Counted from the first letter of the stretch, positions 29,792-37,758 are shown. The stretch is 64,000 nucleotides of DNA from a virus (IMGVR_UViG_3300025018_002598:1-64000); one strand, 5' to 3'. Notes: generated by a model not told the origin, from the letters alone. Program-made: numbers and translations.

Positions 29792-30769
29792 TTAGTAATA
29801 TCTGTCAATAAAATTAATGACTTCATTGTCCGTCATTTCAAAACTAAAATCAATAGATCCATCTCTTACAAATCTTTCAATCTCACGTATCATTCTAGAT
29901 CTTAAAGATAGTATTTCTGAAATGTATCTATCTTTAGACAACAAAGAAGTCTCTTGAGAGAATAGATCGTATATATATTCATTAATTTTAATATAATCTA
30001 TTTCTTCATTTCCCTTTACTTTTTCTTGAAAATTTTCTAATTCACGATCTAAAAAGTCTGACTGTCCAGAAAGTACAGATTCTTTTATTGAATAATTAAG
30101 AAAATAAGGTCTCAAAATAGAAGTCCCCCATGAAATATCTCTAAAGCCATATGATGTAAGATATTCACCTCGACTTATATGAATTACCCTATCTTCTTTC
30201 AATGTATTTTTATTAGAAATTACATCTCCAGTCCCATAGATATATTCTTTTCTTCCATTTTCCATCTTTTGTTCAACATTGTCTGGAATAAGATTTGAAA
30301 TAGATAAATATGTTCCTGAACTTAAATATTTATTCATATTTGAAGATACAAAATTATCTCCAAATAAAAAATAGTTTCTAGCGAGTTCGACGACTATTTG
30401 ATTCATCTCAAGCAAGACTTCTTTTTGTCTGTCTGAACCTTCCATTTTAAACTTGTAGAATTGAAAAGACGACAATCTCTGTATTGTTTCAGAAACTTCA
30501 GAGTAGTTTGTATTGTAATATCTACAATAAGTATAGGTCTCCCTTCGTTTTGTAGGTAATTGCCACTTCATCGCAGCGAGATGCTGAATAAAATGATCTT
30601 CCGGCTCTAGATTGGCCGCTTCTTTCTGAGTCCTACTTAATCCGTATTCTTTCAATTTATATCTAACGTATCTTGACGTATAATTCAAGATTTCTGATAT
30701 CTCGTAACTGGATTTCCTCTGTTTGATGTATAGGTCGTAAAGAATATCTCTATTTATTTGCTTTTTCAT
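29792..30769 (-). CDS. HTH domain fused to a truncated portal paralog
   Basis: N-terminal HTH (LYDLYIKQRKSSYEISEILN...YKLKEYGL). It then aligns with the portal extein: WQLPTKRRE/WQIPTKRRE, CRYY/CRFF, NYFLFGDNF/DYFSMGDCF, ISNLIPDNVE/ISILNPDTVE, VIHISR...WGTSILRP/ITHLKH...YGVSILVP. Confidence 0.8.
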   Translation of the reverse strand: MKKQINRDILYDLYIKQRKSSYEISEILNYTSRYVRYKLKEYGLSRTQKEAANLEPEDHFIQHLAAMKWQLPTKRRETYTYCRYYNTNYSEVSETIQRLSSFQFYKFKMEGSDRQKEVLLEMNQIVVELARNYFLFGDNFVSSNMNKYLSSGTYLSISNLIPDNVEQKMENGRKEYIYGTGDVISNKNTLKEDRVIHISRGEYLTSYGFRDISWGTSILRPYFLNYSIKESVLSGQSDFLDRELENFQEKVKGNEEIDYIKINEYIYDLFSQETSLLSKDRYISEILSLRSRMIREIERFVRDGSIDFSFEMTDNEVINFIDRYY

Positions 30770-30790
30770 GATGACTACCTCCGTCGAAGT

Positions 30791-30814
30791 CTAGGAAATG
30801 ATACAATTTCCTAG
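30791..30814. promoter_or_regulatory. 9-bp inverted repeat centred on an extended -10 (TGnTACAAT) in a divergent intergenic region
   Basis: CTAGGAAAT-GATACA-ATTTCCTAG; TG at 30799-30800 and TACAAT at 30802-30807; followed by a T tract. Confidence 0.45.
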
Positions 30815-30872
30815 TTTGTTTTTTATGGCCATTTGTTGTCTCGTATCAATTTGAAAAAATAGGAAGATTAAA

Positions 30873-31052
30873 ATGGAAAGAAAAGAAAAAATAAAACTTA
30901 CGTATGAAATGAGGAACAGAACGGGGCTTTCAATGATTATTTGCTATAGAGAGTTAGAGGCGAATGATTGGGATATAGAAAAGGCCAGTAAATGTTATAG
31001 GGATCGCACTCTCCGTGAAAAGAGTAAAAGAGGAGATTTCATCACATGGTAA
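30873..31052 (+). CDS. Stand-alone EF-Ts N-terminal (UBA-like) domain protein, 59 aa, not in ORF track
   Basis: EMRNRTGLSMIICYRELEANDWDIEKA resembles EF-Ts ELRERTGAGMMDCKKAL..ANGDIEKA; AGGA upstream. Confidence 0.7.
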   Translation: MERKEKIKLTYEMRNRTGLSMIICYRELEANDWDIEKASKCYRDRTLREKSKRGDFITW

Positions 31053-31348
31053 CAAAGGATGTTCTTCTGCTAAGTTTATTACAATGGGGAAATCGTCAAC
31101 TAAGTAGAGTAAACAATCCTCATAGATTTTTAGTCGTAATACCTAACGATTTCAATAAAAATGAAATTTTAGAATTTACCAATTCTTACATTCAAGAAAC
31201 AAGTCAAAAATATTTTATATTAATAAAAGAAAATGAAATAAAAGGTAAATATGATATTCATGGACATTCTTGCAATGTTGTATTTTATAAGACTTCTAAA
31301 TTTGAAGACTTAGAATATGCTAAAAATATTTTTATTCCAATGAACTAG
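31046..31348 (+). CDS. Hypothetical protein
   Basis: GAGGAG SD; start overlaps previous stop. Confidence 0.65.
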   Translation: MVTKDVLLLSLLQWGNRQLSRVNNPHRFLVVIPNDFNKNEILEFTNSYIQETSQKYFILIKENEIKGKYDIHGHSCNVVFYKTSKFEDLEYAKNIFIPMN

Positions 31349-31383
31349 GCATGAAGATCTTAATTTTGTAGAGGTACTTTAAA

Positions 31384-31830
31384 GTGGACAAAAAGAAAAG
31401 CGTTTGTTGGAATATAGATCTTACTCAAAAACCAATTGAGCCTAATGAGAAAAGATTAAAAATCAATAAGGCAAAATTTGAATACGAAGGAAAACAATAT
31501 GAATTCGAAGTTTTAGATGTCGTTCATCTTGGAACTTTACCAGAGTGGCAGTTTTCAGATAGAATGTTAGAAACTTGTGGTTTGACTCTATGTATTGTTT
31601 TTGATTCGTATTCAAACAACTTTAACGATACGAATTTAGGTTTGTCAAAAAAGACTTTTACTCTTTGGTTGAGCGGCGATGGAATTTCTTTTCCCGTAGA
31701 AGTTCATGGAGGGAATTATAATCGAAAAGATAATCCAGTTGCAGGTCCAGGAAAATCCTATGATTATGGATATGAAGTAGATACTGATTGTTTTTTTGCA
31801 TGTTCTTCTCCATGCTATTTCAAGAAATAA
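31384..31830 (+). CDS. Hypothetical protein
   Basis: GAGG SD before GTG start; 148 aa. Confidence 0.7.
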   Translation: MDKKKSVCWNIDLTQKPIEPNEKRLKINKAKFEYEGKQYEFEVLDVVHLGTLPEWQFSDRMLETCGLTLCIVFDSYSNNFNDTNLGLSKKTFTLWLSGDGISFPVEVHGGNYNRKDNPVAGPGKSYDYGYEVDTDCFFACSSPCYFKK

Positions 31831-31842
31831 AAAGGATTATAA

Positions 31843-32169
31843 ATGGACAAATTAGATCAAATAAAAAAAGAATTAAAATATTTAGAATTTGCAAAACATT
31901 GTTCTAATGAAAATTTTCCAGCCTATGATCTTTTTGTTAATTATTTCTGCGACAGAGATCCTTATAATTCAGATAATGCAAGAAAAGAGATTAGAGATTT
32001 AATTCATGAAAAACAAACTTTGATATTAGAAGAGGCCTTGAAGACCCCAGAGGGAAAAGAAGCCTTATCTAAATATTTTAAAGATGAAGAAGATAAGCGC
32101 CTAAAAGATGAAGAAAAAAAAGAAAGTAGTAGATTTTATGCTCAGAGAAAAGGAATTGACCTACAATGA
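31843..32169 (+). CDS. Hypothetical protein containing an MCP N-terminal-like segment
   Basis: EKQTLILEEALKTPEGKEAL vs MCP EKELLIAQ-ALETPEGRVAL. Confidence 0.7.
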   Translation: MDKLDQIKKELKYLEFAKHCSNENFPAYDLFVNYFCDRDPYNSDNARKEIRDLIHEKQTLILEEALKTPEGKEALSKYFKDEEDKRLKDEEKKESSRFYAQRKGIDLQ

Positions 32170-32327
32170 TTGATGAAAATGTATTAGATGTTTTTCTAAA
32201 AGAAAGAGAAATAAAATCTAAAGAAATGTCCGAAAGAAGAAAAAAAGAAAGAGTGGTATCCAGCCCATCTCCCATTGCTAATGATAGAGTTAAGGGAAGA
32301 TTTCCCACTTCAAAAGATGTTGAATAA
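32166..32327 (+). CDS. Small hypothetical protein (53 aa), not in ORF track
   Basis: ATGA overlap with the previous stop; AAGGA upstream; MIDENVLDVFLKEREIK... Confidence 0.5.
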   Translation: MIDENVLDVFLKEREIKSKEMSERRKKERVVSSPSPIANDRVKGRFPTSKDVE

Positions 32328-32544
32328 AAAATATTCAGATTTAACTTCAAGATATTACTGTCCAAATTGTGGCAATAAATTAAAGTATGAAAATTCAGAA
32401 GAGGCATTAAGGGAATATAAAGAAGTTGAAGTAAAGTTAAATGAATACCTTAAACTTCATCATCCTCTTAAAATACGCAGTGATCAAGAATCCTATGAAA
32501 CGCCAAGGGGCGACGACTCCTTTGCTATATCTTTTGTAGATTAA
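32275..32544 (+). CDS. Small CPxCG Zn-ribbon protein (likely start ATG 32317)
   Basis: YYCPNCGNKL motif; AAGGGAAG upstream of ATG 32317. Confidence 0.6.
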   Translation: MLMIELREDFPLQKMLNKKYSDLTSRYYCPNCGNKLKYENSEEALREYKEVEVKLNEYLKLHHPLKIRSDQESYETPRGDDSFAISFVD

Positions 32545-32556
32545 GGAAATGTATAA

Positions 32557-33054
32557 ATGGAAGTTATAAAAAAAACAGTTTATAAAACTTCTGACGGAAG
32601 AGTTTTTCTAGATATAAATAAGGCAAATTCTCATGAAGAAACAATAAAACTAATGAAAAGGGATGCGAAAGTCAAAGACTTAGAAAAAAAAGTTAAAGAT
32701 CTCTTTCCCATTTCGAAAAAAGTCAACTGTGAACAAGACAAAGAACTTATGGAATTAACAAAGAAGATTCCTAGTTATTTAGAATATCGAATAGATTTGT
32801 ATTGTGAATTCACTGGAATTCCTCTAAGGGTATACTCTACTAAATTCCATGACAGTGGACATCAGTATGAAAAAAGCTATTCAGAAGATATAGATAGAAT
32901 TTTAGATAGACCGCATACAATCTTAAGGTTGGGTAACGTGGTTAGGACATATTCTAAAGAATCTTATAAAAAAGACATTGTTCCTATTTTAGAGAAAAAC
33001 CATCTAGTCATAAAGAAATATTTGTTTGAGTTCTATACTGGAGTGTTGAAATGA
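32557..33054 (+). CDS. Hypothetical phage protein
   Basis: AAGGA SD; N-terminal YKTSDGRVF motif common in small phage proteins. Confidence 0.7.
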   Translation: MEVIKKTVYKTSDGRVFLDINKANSHEETIKLMKRDAKVKDLEKKVKDLFPISKKVNCEQDKELMELTKKIPSYLEYRIDLYCEFTGIPLRVYSTKFHDSGHQYEKSYSEDIDRILDRPHTILRLGNVVRTYSKESYKKDIVPILEKNHLVIKKYLFEFYTGVLK

Positions 33055-33245
33055 AAAAAGAAGATAAATACGTAGGCGCCATTCCAGTAAGACAGGACAT
33101 TACTGTGCTTCCAGCAGATAAAGAAGAAGGATTGAAGTTAGGATGGATAATTTATGAAGAACTTGGCCCAATCCATTTTGCTGAAGTTTTCTGGAAAGAT
33201 TTTTCTGATGAAGACAAGATAAAGAAAATCAACGAATATAGATGA
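33051..33245 (+). CDS. Small protein built from an MCP C-terminal fragment
   Basis: YVGAIPVRQDITVLPAD is identical to MCP residues 238-254, followed by LKLGWIIYEELG vs LRLGWVIFEEIG. GGAG SD and ATGA overlap. Confidence 0.8.
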   Translation: MKKEDKYVGAIPVRQDITVLPADKEEGLKLGWIIYEELGPIHFAEVFWKDFSDEDKIKKINEYR

Positions 33246-33251
33246 GACGAA

Positions 33252-33494
33252 ATGAAGCATATAATCAGAAAAGAATTATATGAAACGAAAGAATATACTA
33301 TTGAAGAAATTCACGAAGAATTATATGAAACGAAAGAATATACTATTGAAGAAATTCACGAAGAATTAAATCGAAGATTAGAGGCGACAAAAGAAAAGGA
33401 CTTGCCGAGATATTTATCTTACAATAAAGATAAGTTTGAGTATGATGAAGATGGAAAAATAATAAAAGTAATTAGTTTGAGAGAAGAGGTTTGA
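33252..33494 (+). CDS. Hypothetical protein with internal tandem duplication
   Basis: ELYETKEYTIEEIHE x2. Confidence 0.7.
   Translation: MKHIIRKELYETKEYTIEEIHEELYETKEYTIEEIHEELNRRLEATKEKDLPRYLSYNKDKFEYDEDGKIIKVISLREEV
33271..33368 (+). repeat. Perfect 45-bp in-frame tandem duplication
   Basis: The unit starting aagaattatatgaaacgaaag recurs at 33271 and 33316, with a partial copy at 33361. Confidence 0.92.
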
Positions 33495-33940
33495 TTGTGC
33501 CAACTTATCCTATAGAATTAGATAGAGGAATTTTTGAAATTGCCGTCTCTGATTATGTCGAAAAAAAGATGGATAAAATTGATTTTATTCGCAATTATGT
33601 GGTGAGAAGTTTAGAGAATGAAGTGAAAGGAAAAATAGTAAGAATCTTGTCTGCTCATTTCCACCAAGATCCTATGATGCGTCAAAACATATATAGAATA
33701 GAAGTAGATTACATCCATGAAGAAAGATATGGAGATCATCTTGGTTCTGTATTTTCTCAGTTATTAGAGAATGGAAGTTATAGAAATCCAGAATATGATG
33801 AGCTTAGATTTGAACAACAATATTTTGTGGACTTTCTACCTACGACTCCCGTACTAAAGCCTTCGAAAGAAAAAGTAAAAAAAGAAATTACATATACCAA
33901 AATAGATTTAGATGATTTTAAATTCATGGAAGTTGAATAG
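33491..33940 (+). CDS. Hypothetical protein, weak similarity to MCP central region
   Basis: IVPTYPI vs MCP LVPTFEI, with a compatible downstream hydrophobic pattern; GAGG SD fits GTG 33497 best. Confidence 0.6.
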   Translation: MIVPTYPIELDRGIFEIAVSDYVEKKMDKIDFIRNYVVRSLENEVKGKIVRILSAHFHQDPMMRQNIYRIEVDYIHEERYGDHLGSVFSQLLENGSYRNPEYDELRFEQQYFVDFLPTTPVLKPSKEKVKKEITYTKIDLDDFKFMEVE

Positions 33941-33954
33941 GAAAGGAAAAAATA

Positions 33955-34587
33955 ATGGGAATGTATACTGTTGTAATTCACCCTGAAACAAAAGAAGAGA
34001 TTCAGATAAAGTGTGGTGGAGATTGGTGTGATAAATATGAAGTGGGAGATGAAGTCCCATTCAAAATACATCCTGATTGTTCTATGATGGCAGATTTTGC
34101 TGATGGGATCTATGTTGGGCTTGGCGAAAGAAATGATTTCAAAAGTTTCAACAGTTACTATGTTGTAATTTGTGAAGGGAAGATTGCAGAGGTTTCCGAA
34201 AAATATCACTCTATGGATTCTAGGGCTGGTTATGAAAGAGAAGAACTTTACAATAAATATAAAGATCGTTTTATAGAACTTGAAAAGTCTTGGTGGAGTG
34301 ATGAGGCTTGGAAAAAAGACGAAGAACTAAAGAAAGAACTTGAGATTAAAAGGAAAGAATATTTAGATAGACATCATCCTAATTATGAAAAATATAGTGA
34401 TGAAGAGAAATTTACAGCCAATGTAGTACATGCAATGTCTGCTTCTAGGCTCAATTACCAAGAGATTGGTAAAAAACTTATGTCCATACAAGAACTACCT
34501 CAAGGTGCTTTGGCTAGATATGAAAAAGACGTTGCCAGTGTTCATCATGTTGTAGGGAAGAGGGAAGAAAATGAAAATAAGAATTGA
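33955..34587 (+). CDS. Chimeric protein: small phage domain plus C-terminal MCP fragment
   Basis: C terminus YQEIGKKLMSIQELPQGALARYEKDVAS vs MCP YQAIGRKLLMVDELPQGALARYEKDVAS. Confidence 0.82.
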   Translation: MGMYTVVIHPETKEEIQIKCGGDWCDKYEVGDEVPFKIHPDCSMMADFADGIYVGLGERNDFKSFNSYYVVICEGKIAEVSEKYHSMDSRAGYEREELYNKYKDRFIELEKSWWSDEAWKKDEELKKELEIKRKEYLDRHHPNYEKYSDEEKFTANVVHAMSASRLNYQEIGKKLMSIQELPQGALARYEKDVASVHHVVGKREENENKN

Positions 34588-34768
34588 AATGTGGGAAGAT
34601 TTTGCATATTCCCTTGGAGAATTGAAAAACGAAACTACATCCTTTTGTGCGATTGCTGAAGTCACTGAAGAAGAACATAAAGAGATGCAAAGAATAATGA
34701 AAGATTACTATAGTTTACAGGAAAGATTAACAGATCTTTATTCAAAATACGAAAAGGAAAAAAAATGA
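34571..34768 (+). CDS. Hypothetical protein
   Basis: 65 aa, overlapping both neighbours in operon style. Confidence 0.6.
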   Translation: MKIRIEMWEDFAYSLGELKNETTSFCAIAEVTEEEHKEMQRIMKDYYSLQERLTDLYSKYEKEKK

Positions 34769-35220
34769 GTTTAGAATCAGATAAAAAAAACGAAGAGTTA
34801 ATTCAATTGGCATTAGAGACAGGAGCGGGAAAGCGAGCAATACAAGAGGCTCTTGGCGGATATGAAATGTTTAAAAGAAACTTAGATGATAAGAATAAAA
34901 ACCTTGTCGAAAGATTAAATGAATCATATTCTAAAATAGAAAATCAATATGAAGAAATGGGCGACAAAGAGTATATAATTCCATTCGGAGTGAAATGTCT
35001 GGTGGAAGCGAGAGACTTTCTATTAAAACATCAGGCTTGGGAAGCGAAAATGTTGGAAACAGATGAATGCTGGGAAGACTCATTACCAAAATTAAATCAA
35101 GAACTATATGATGAATCTTTAGATATTCAGGGAAATAGAAACCACCTATTAAGTCGTATTGAAATGCAATTAAATATTATAATTAAAAAGAATGAGGAGA
35201 AACAAAATGCCAAGTCTTGA
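34765..35220 (+). CDS. Hypothetical protein with MCP N-terminus-like start
   Basis: MSL...EELIQLALETGAGKRAIQEAL...KRNL vs MCP MSL...ELLIAQALETPEGRVALAQAM...KRAL. Confidence 0.7.
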   Translation: MSLESDKKNEELIQLALETGAGKRAIQEALGGYEMFKRNLDDKNKNLVERLNESYSKIENQYEEMGDKEYIIPFGVKCLVEARDFLLKHQAWEAKMLETDECWEDSLPKLNQELYDESLDIQGNRNHLLSRIEMQLNIIIKKNEEKQNAKS

Positions 35221-35323
35221 TCAACATATAGCAGACTGTATAGAAGAGATGGGTAAGGGGCACAGAGAAGTTCATATTTGGTTGGATGAATACTTTAATA
35301 CTATGGGTCCAAAGCATATCTGA
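35207..35323 (+). pseudogene. Apparently truncated small gene (38 aa)
   Basis: GAGGAG SD + ATG; MPSLDQHIADC...REVHIWLDE...GPKHI* stops where the convergent - strand unit meets it. Confidence 0.4.
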
Positions 35324-35394
35324 TTCATTCTCAAGCAGATCGATGGCCTCCTCAAGGGATATTGCCTTTTTGATAAAATACGACCAATTTGACA

Positions 35395-35700
35395 TCACAC
35401 TATATCCGAAACGGGCGTATCCGACCACATCTTACAAGACCAGTATTTTGCTTTCCATTTAGGTCCAGGATTGTCACATCCATGACGTGCCCTAAAGTTC
35501 TTCTTAGCTTCTGGGTTGTCTCTTCTTATTTCCATATTTGGATCGCCAAAGTTAACTTTGACAACATTTCCCTTATCGTTTTTCACGAAGACTTTATATT
35601 TTTTAACGTCACCCTTTGTGGGTTTGTTTAGTGTAACTTTTTTACCCTGATATTCAGATTTAGATTCTGAAAACTTCATTAAATTAAATTTCGACATCAA
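35395..35700 (-). CDS. Conserved phage hypothetical protein (FRARHxC...YWSCxxW motif) with FNLMKFS leader
   Basis: EYQGKKVTLNKP...VNFGDPNMEIRRD...FRARHGCDNPGPKWKAKYWSCKMW is a pattern I recognise from large myophages. Confidence 0.75.
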   Translation of the reverse strand: MMSKFNLMKFSESKSEYQGKKVTLNKPTKGDVKKYKVFVKNDKGNVVKVNFGDPNMEIRRDNPEAKKNFRARHGCDNPGPKWKAKYWSCKMWSDTPVSDIV

Positions 35701-35708
35701 ATTTCACC

Positions 35709-36911
35709 TCAACCTTGAATTGTTTTTTTTAAGTATTCTAAATACTTTTTACTAATATTATCCCAACTGTTATCATTACAGAATTTCTTCTGTTTTTCAA
35801 TTACTTCATTGTAAAATTTTTCATCAGAAAAATACCTATCTATAATCTTAGCAATTCCCTCTGGATTATCAGAAGAAGGAACTCCTATTGATTTTAAGTC
35901 GTCAAATAGGTGACACTCTCCAACAACAAGGGGAAGTCCAAAAGACATTGCTATCTTAGAGGCTCCAGAAGATCCTCTAACATCATGATCGGGATGTGTT
36001 TTGTAAGGAAGAACACAAACCTTATTTGTCTTAAGAGACTCTGCCAAACCTTCGTCACTAATGAAACCTCTTACAATCCCTACATTATCATCGATCTCCA
36101 ACTCTTCGACTATTTTCTTTAGTTTGTTATAGTATTCATCATGGATATTTATATTGTTTTTATTCTCAGAAAAGAAACATGTAAGGTATATTTCTGGATA
36201 CTTTTCAATCAGTATTTTTATAGATCTTATTGTTGATTCGAAATTCTTATAGGGAAAACCAAAACCATATTGAATGACAGTATGTTCTGTTTGATATAGA
36301 TTCCAGTTCTTATCTAAATTCATTTCTGGACAACCATGATGAATGACTTCGATAGAATTTGTATATCCCTTTTTTATCAAAAGTTCTTTTGCTTCTTCTG
36401 TATGCACAATTACATTTCTCAAAGGGCTTTCACAAAGAAACTTATCTTTATGTTCATATACTGAATGCAATGCAACAACATATGGATAGTCTTGAATGAA
36501 TGTCAATAAGTTATACCAATGAACAACGGTTGGAAATATACCGTATTCATGTTGAACTAATATGGCATCAGGATTAAACTGTTTAATCTCTTTCTTTAGA
36601 TTTTTGATGGATTCTCTTCTTCTCCAGCAATAAACTACTTCTATGTCTTTGTAATTTTCTTTAGATGTTTCTGAATCGTTTTTTGTTTTATACTCTGAAA
36701 AAATCCTGATATTCTTATTTGTCTTTAGCATAGAGTCAACTAGGAATTTAGAATACGTGCTAATTCCACATGACTGGTCCCAATTTGTAATCAAGGCAAC
36801 TTTGAAATCCTTAAGAGATTTCATTTCTGATGAGTTTTGAAAGTTCATTGTATTCTCCTGTTCTTTCGAGAAACTGATTAACCTTTTCAGAACGTTCATA
36901 TTGGACCTCAT
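35709..36911 (-). CDS. GT4 (GT-B) glycosyltransferase (likely start ATG 36824)
   Basis: WDQSCGISTYS, VQHEYG, VIHHG, GFGFPYKNF, VLPY...SSGA...AMSFGLPLVV. Confidence 0.88.
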   Translation of the reverse strand: MRSNMNVLKRLISFSKEQENTMNFQNSSEMKSLKDFKVALITNWDQSCGISTYSKFLVDSMLKTNKNIRIFSEYKTKNDSETSKENYKDIEVVYCWRRRESIKNLKKEIKQFNPDAILVQHEYGIFPTVVHWYNLLTFIQDYPYVVALHSVYEHKDKFLCESPLRNVIVHTEEAKELLIKKGYTNSIEVIHHGCPEMNLDKNWNLYQTEHTVIQYGFGFPYKNFESTIRSIKILIEKYPEIYLTCFFSENKNNINIHDEYYNKLKKIVEELEIDDNVGIVRGFISDEGLAESLKTNKVCVLPYKTHPDHDVRGSSGASKIAMSFGLPLVVGECHLFDDLKSIGVPSSDNPEGIAKIIDRYFSDEKFYNEVIEKQKKFCNDNSWDNISKKYLEYLKKTIQG

Positions 36912-37746
36912 TTAAGGATGTCAATATTTTATTTTTACTAAATTCATAATAATCAATATATGGAATTTCAAAATCTTTGCAAAATCTTTTTAGTTTTGAA
37001 TGAAATCCTATACATATCGTTGGAATGTTATAGATTATACCTAAGACCATTCCATGATATCTCATTGAAATCAAATATTTTGAGTTTTCAATTCTATTGA
37101 TTATTTCATCTTCATTAGTAACTTCATCGAATTTTCTATTTAAAGAATAACTGTTAATATTATGGTAAACATGAGAGTCATTGTGTTGACGTGTTCTTTG
37201 TAAAGGGTAAAAGCTTGTAGGTTTTTTGTATTCATCTAAGAATCTTGAGGTCTCTACACAAAATCTTTGATATTCTTGAAATTTAGATATACTAGAATTA
37301 TTTCTAGGGACTACATTGGAGTTTGGAATGAAAATAAGATCGGTTGGATTTCTTTTTCCATTCAAAACATAAGGTGGATTGAGAAAATTGATGTCTGGTA
37401 AAAGAATTACATTATCATGTTCTTCCTTTACAATATCATAACTTTCAGAATCTCTTAATATTACTCTTTTTGAATTTGCTAAGAATTTTTTTTCATTAGC
37501 ATGTGACAATGAGATAGACCAGAATTCAAATGGTCTATCTACATGCTTTAATACATCTGCCAATTCTCGGTGAAGAATATTTCCTCCACCAACAATAAGG
37601 TATTTGTATTTTTGTTCGCTTACTTTTTTTAAATCGAAACTAAATTCTAATCTAAGACCATAGAAAAGTTTTTGAAAGGTTTGTTTAAACCATTCATCAC
37701 CATAATTTCCCTGATTATACCAGCCATAAAAAAGAATGTCTGTCAT
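36811..37746 (-). CDS. Polysaccharide pyruvyl transferase family protein
   Basis: GWYNQGNYGDE, IVGGGNIL, VILRDSES, LLPD, ISMRYHGMVLG, YHSKL-like FHSKL. Confidence 0.88.
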   Translation of the reverse strand: MTDILFYGWYNQGNYGDEWFKQTFQKLFYGLRLEFSFDLKKVSEQKYKYLIVGGGNILHRELADVLKHVDRPFEFWSISLSHANEKKFLANSKRVILRDSESYDIVKEEHDNVILLPDINFLNPPYVLNGKRNPTDLIFIPNSNVVPRNNSSISKFQEYQRFCVETSRFLDEYKKPTSFYPLQRTRQHNDSHVYHNINSYSLNRKFDEVTNEDEIINRIENSKYLISMRYHGMVLGIIYNIPTICIGFHSKLKRFCKDFEIPYIDYYEFSKNKILTSLNEVQYERSEKVNQFLERTGEYNELSKLIRNEIS

Positions 37747-37758
37747 TATTCAAATCCT

